Assembly (NCBI GenBank): GCA_030838305.1
Contig: JAUTWY010000455.1
Span: 1 to 36,044, forward strand
Length of the DNA: 36,044 nucleotides
From: Acidobacteriaceae bacterium
Lineage (GTDB): Bacteria > Acidobacteriota > Terriglobia > Terriglobales > Acidobacteriaceae
Direction of reading: 5' to 3'
The translations under genes and the position numbers were made by a program. Below the pieces are notes generated by a model, which ran no database searches, was not told the origin of the DNA, and worked only from the letters and a program-made list of their open reading frames with translations. This document shows positions 34,295 through 36,044 of the stretch, one piece after another (positions within the stretch are counted from its first letter, which is position 1; the number at the start of each line of letters is the position of its first letter).

Positions 34295-35485
34295 TTAACG
34301 GCTATACTGATTCTTCTTTTTGTCGGCATGCCGCTCGATTCCAAGTTGAATCAGCCGGTCGATTAGATCCGCATACTCAAGCCCGGACGCCGCCCACAGC
34401 TTCGGATACATACTGATCGCCGTGAATCCGGGCATGGTGTTGATCTCGTTCAAATAGATCTTGCGGGTCTGCGGGTCCATCAAAAAATCTACGCGGGCCA
34501 GCCCGGAGCAGTCCACTGCTTTGAAAGATCGCACCGCCAATTCCTGAACCTTTTTCGTTTCCGGTTTGGTGAGCTTTGCCGGGATAATCAGCTCGGAACC
34601 TTCATCAAGATACTTGGCGTTGTAGTCGTAGAACTCTTTTACGGGGACAATTTCGCCGGGGATTGAAGCCATCGGCTCATCGTTGCCGAGAACCGAGCAC
34701 TCGATCTCTCGCGCCTTGTTTTTCTTCCCACCCACGCTTTGCTCGACGACAATCTTGCGGTCGAATTTCGCCGCTTCTTCGATAGCGGGCCCGAGTTCCT
34801 TGCGGTTGTGCGCCTTGCTGATTCCGACCGACGATCCCAAATTCGCGGGCTTCACAAAAACCGGAAACTTCAGCTTGCTCTCTACAAATTTCTCAACTTT
34901 CTTCGGCTCTTTCTCCCACGCGCTGCGCAGAATTGTGACGTGCCTGACCATAGGAATTCCGGCGGCAAGGAACAACGACTTCATCACGTCCTTGTCCATG
35001 CCCGCAGCCGAGCCCAGCACCCCCGCTCCCACGTAAGCGATATCAGCCAGTTCCAGCAAGCCCTGAATCGTCCCGTCCTCACCGAAGGTGCCGTGCAGCA
35101 CGGGAAAAATCACATCGACGTTGATGGCCCGATCGGCGGCCCGCCGCGTCAGCGCCGCATCCGTCTGAAAAGGGACGAGCCCGCTCTGCCGATGCACAGG
35201 CTCGGGAGGGACCACAACCGCTTCTCCTCGGGCCAGCACTGCCGCCGGTTGCGTGGTCTCTGGATTGCCCGCGCGAAGGTGGCGCGGCTCGATCACCAGC
35301 TTGCCTTGCAACAGGTTCTCGGCGTCGCCCGAGGTCAGCCAGCGACCGTCTTTGGTAATGCCGATGGGAACCACTTCATACTTGTCTTTGTCGATCGCGT
35401 TGAGAACCGACGCAGCCGAGAGCAGCGAAACTTCATGCTCACCGCTACGTCCGCCAAAAAGAATTCCGACCCGAAGCTTGCTCAT
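34295..35485 (-). CDS. ddl: D-alanine--D-alanine ligase
   Basis: Start moved to ATG 35485 ([24 protein letters not shown]). [46 protein letters not shown]. Confidence 0.92.
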   Translation of the reverse strand: MSKLRVGILFGGRSGEHEVSLLSAASVLNAIDKDKYEVVPIGITKDGRWLTSGDAENLLQGKLVIEPRHLRAGNPETTQPAAVLARGEAVVVPPEPVHRQSGLVPFQTDAALTRRAADRAINVDVIFPVLHGTFGEDGTIQGLLELADIAYVGAGVLGSAAGMDKDVMKSLFLAAGIPMVRHVTILRSAWEKEPKKVEKFVESKLKFPVFVKPANLGSSVGISKAHNRKELGPAIEEAAKFDRKIVVEQSVGGKKNKAREIECSVLGNDEPMASIPGEIVPVKEFYDYNAKYLDEGSELIIPAKLTKPETKKVQELAVRSFKAVDCSGLARVDFLMDPQTRKIYLNEINTMPGFTAISMYPKLWAASGLEYADLIDRLIQLGIERHADKKKNQYSR

Positions 35486-35492
35486 AAAATGT

Positions 35493-36044
35493 CTATAAAA
35501 TCTTTTTTCCAAACGCCGACAACGCCAACTCAACCGCCAAATCTGCTGTCCGATTGTGCTCATCAATCACGGGATTCACCTCCACGATCTCGAAGCTCGC
35601 CATGCGTCCGTGGTCAGCAATAATCTCCATCGCCAGGTGCGCTTCCCGGTAGGTCGCCCCGCCGCGCACCGGAGTGCCTACGCCCGGCGCATCCTCGGGG
35701 TCGATCCAATCCATGTCGAGCGAAATGTGATAGCCAGCGGTTCCGCGTCCAGCCATGCGCAGAGCTTCTTCGATTACTGTGCGCATGCCGCGCTCATCAA
35801 TGTCGCGCATGGTGAAAACGCCGATACCCGCGCGGCGCACATTCTCTTTTTCAACGGCATCAATATCGCGCACTCCCACCAGCACGCAGTTCTCCGCCTT
35901 CACTTTCGGAGAAAACTCGAGAATGTTCGCCAACTCCGGTGGGCCCAGCCCCATGATCGCCGCGAGCGGCATGCCATGCACGTTTCCGCTCGGCGAACTC
36001 TCAGGAGTATTGATGTCGGTGTGAGCGTCGATCCAGATGAGGCC
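35493..36044 (-). CDS. Arginase-family ureohydrolase (5' end outside window)
   Basis: The frame is open to the window edge. It reads [28 protein letters not shown]..., then LVGVRDID, then SLDMDWIDP and EIVEVNP, which are arginase Mn-binding signatures. The stop is 7 nt before the ddl start. Confidence 0.88.
   Translation of the reverse strand, partial: GLIWIDAHTDINTPESSPSGNVHGMPLAAIMGLGPPELANILEFSPKVKAENCVLVGVRDIDAVEKENVRRAGIGVFTMRDIDERGMRTVIEEALRMAGRGTAGYHISLDMDWIDPEDAPGVGTPVRGGATYREAHLAMEIIADHGRMASFEIVEVNPVIDEHNRTADLAVELALSAFGKKIL

Noticed and set aside
1-36044. Search for CRISPR arrays, IS/transposase genes, integrases, tRNA/rRNA genes, toxin-antitoxin pairs and defence islands
   Set aside because: No spaced direct-repeat arrays, terminal inverted repeats flanking a transposase-like ORF, cloverleaf-capable intergenic segments or nuclease/methylase/RT-like ORFs were seen. 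All large ORFs are accounted for by housekeeping or transport functions.

Overview
This 36-kb window looks like a chromosomal, mostly housekeeping segment of a moderately GC-rich bacterium. Gene content and protein style look Acidobacteriota-like, but that is an inference only. I support about 36 protein-coding genes and found no rRNA, tRNA, CRISPR array, IS element or phage genes. All calls come from motif recognition in the supplied translations and my own reading of intergenic DNA; no database search was run.

Conserved blocks:
- aroC-def-fmt-rsmB
- yceD-rpmF-plsX-fabD
- a two-subunit molybdenum hydroxylase (IorAB-like) followed by a GH5 glycosidase
- a translationally coupled TetR / HlyD-adaptor / ABC-ATPase / ABC-2-permease efflux operon
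- arginase-ddl

Main finding: a clear SAM-I (S-box) riboswitch lies on the minus strand at about 31464-31577. It sits behind a sigma70-like promoter and ahead of a candidate terminator. It controls a threonine-synthase-like PLP enzyme with an N-terminal zinc ribbon, tightly coupled to a MoaD/ThiS/CysO-like sulfur-carrier protein ending in GG-AS. This points to protein-thiocarboxylate-dependent homocysteine/methionine synthesis (MetM/MetO-type) rather than threonine synthesis.

Secondary oddities:
- a cNMP-binding-domain ORF that is N-terminally truncated and runs 537 bp antisense into a conserved peptidase gene
- tandem repeats filling the def-fmt spacer
- an array of TTGAC/GTCAA half-sites in a divergent promoter region
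- a PP2C/SpoIIE domain with degenerate catalytic motifs
- an orphan atypical NarL-type response regulator
- a stand-alone 3xPASTA membrane protein
- several convergent gene pairs with overlapping 3' ends
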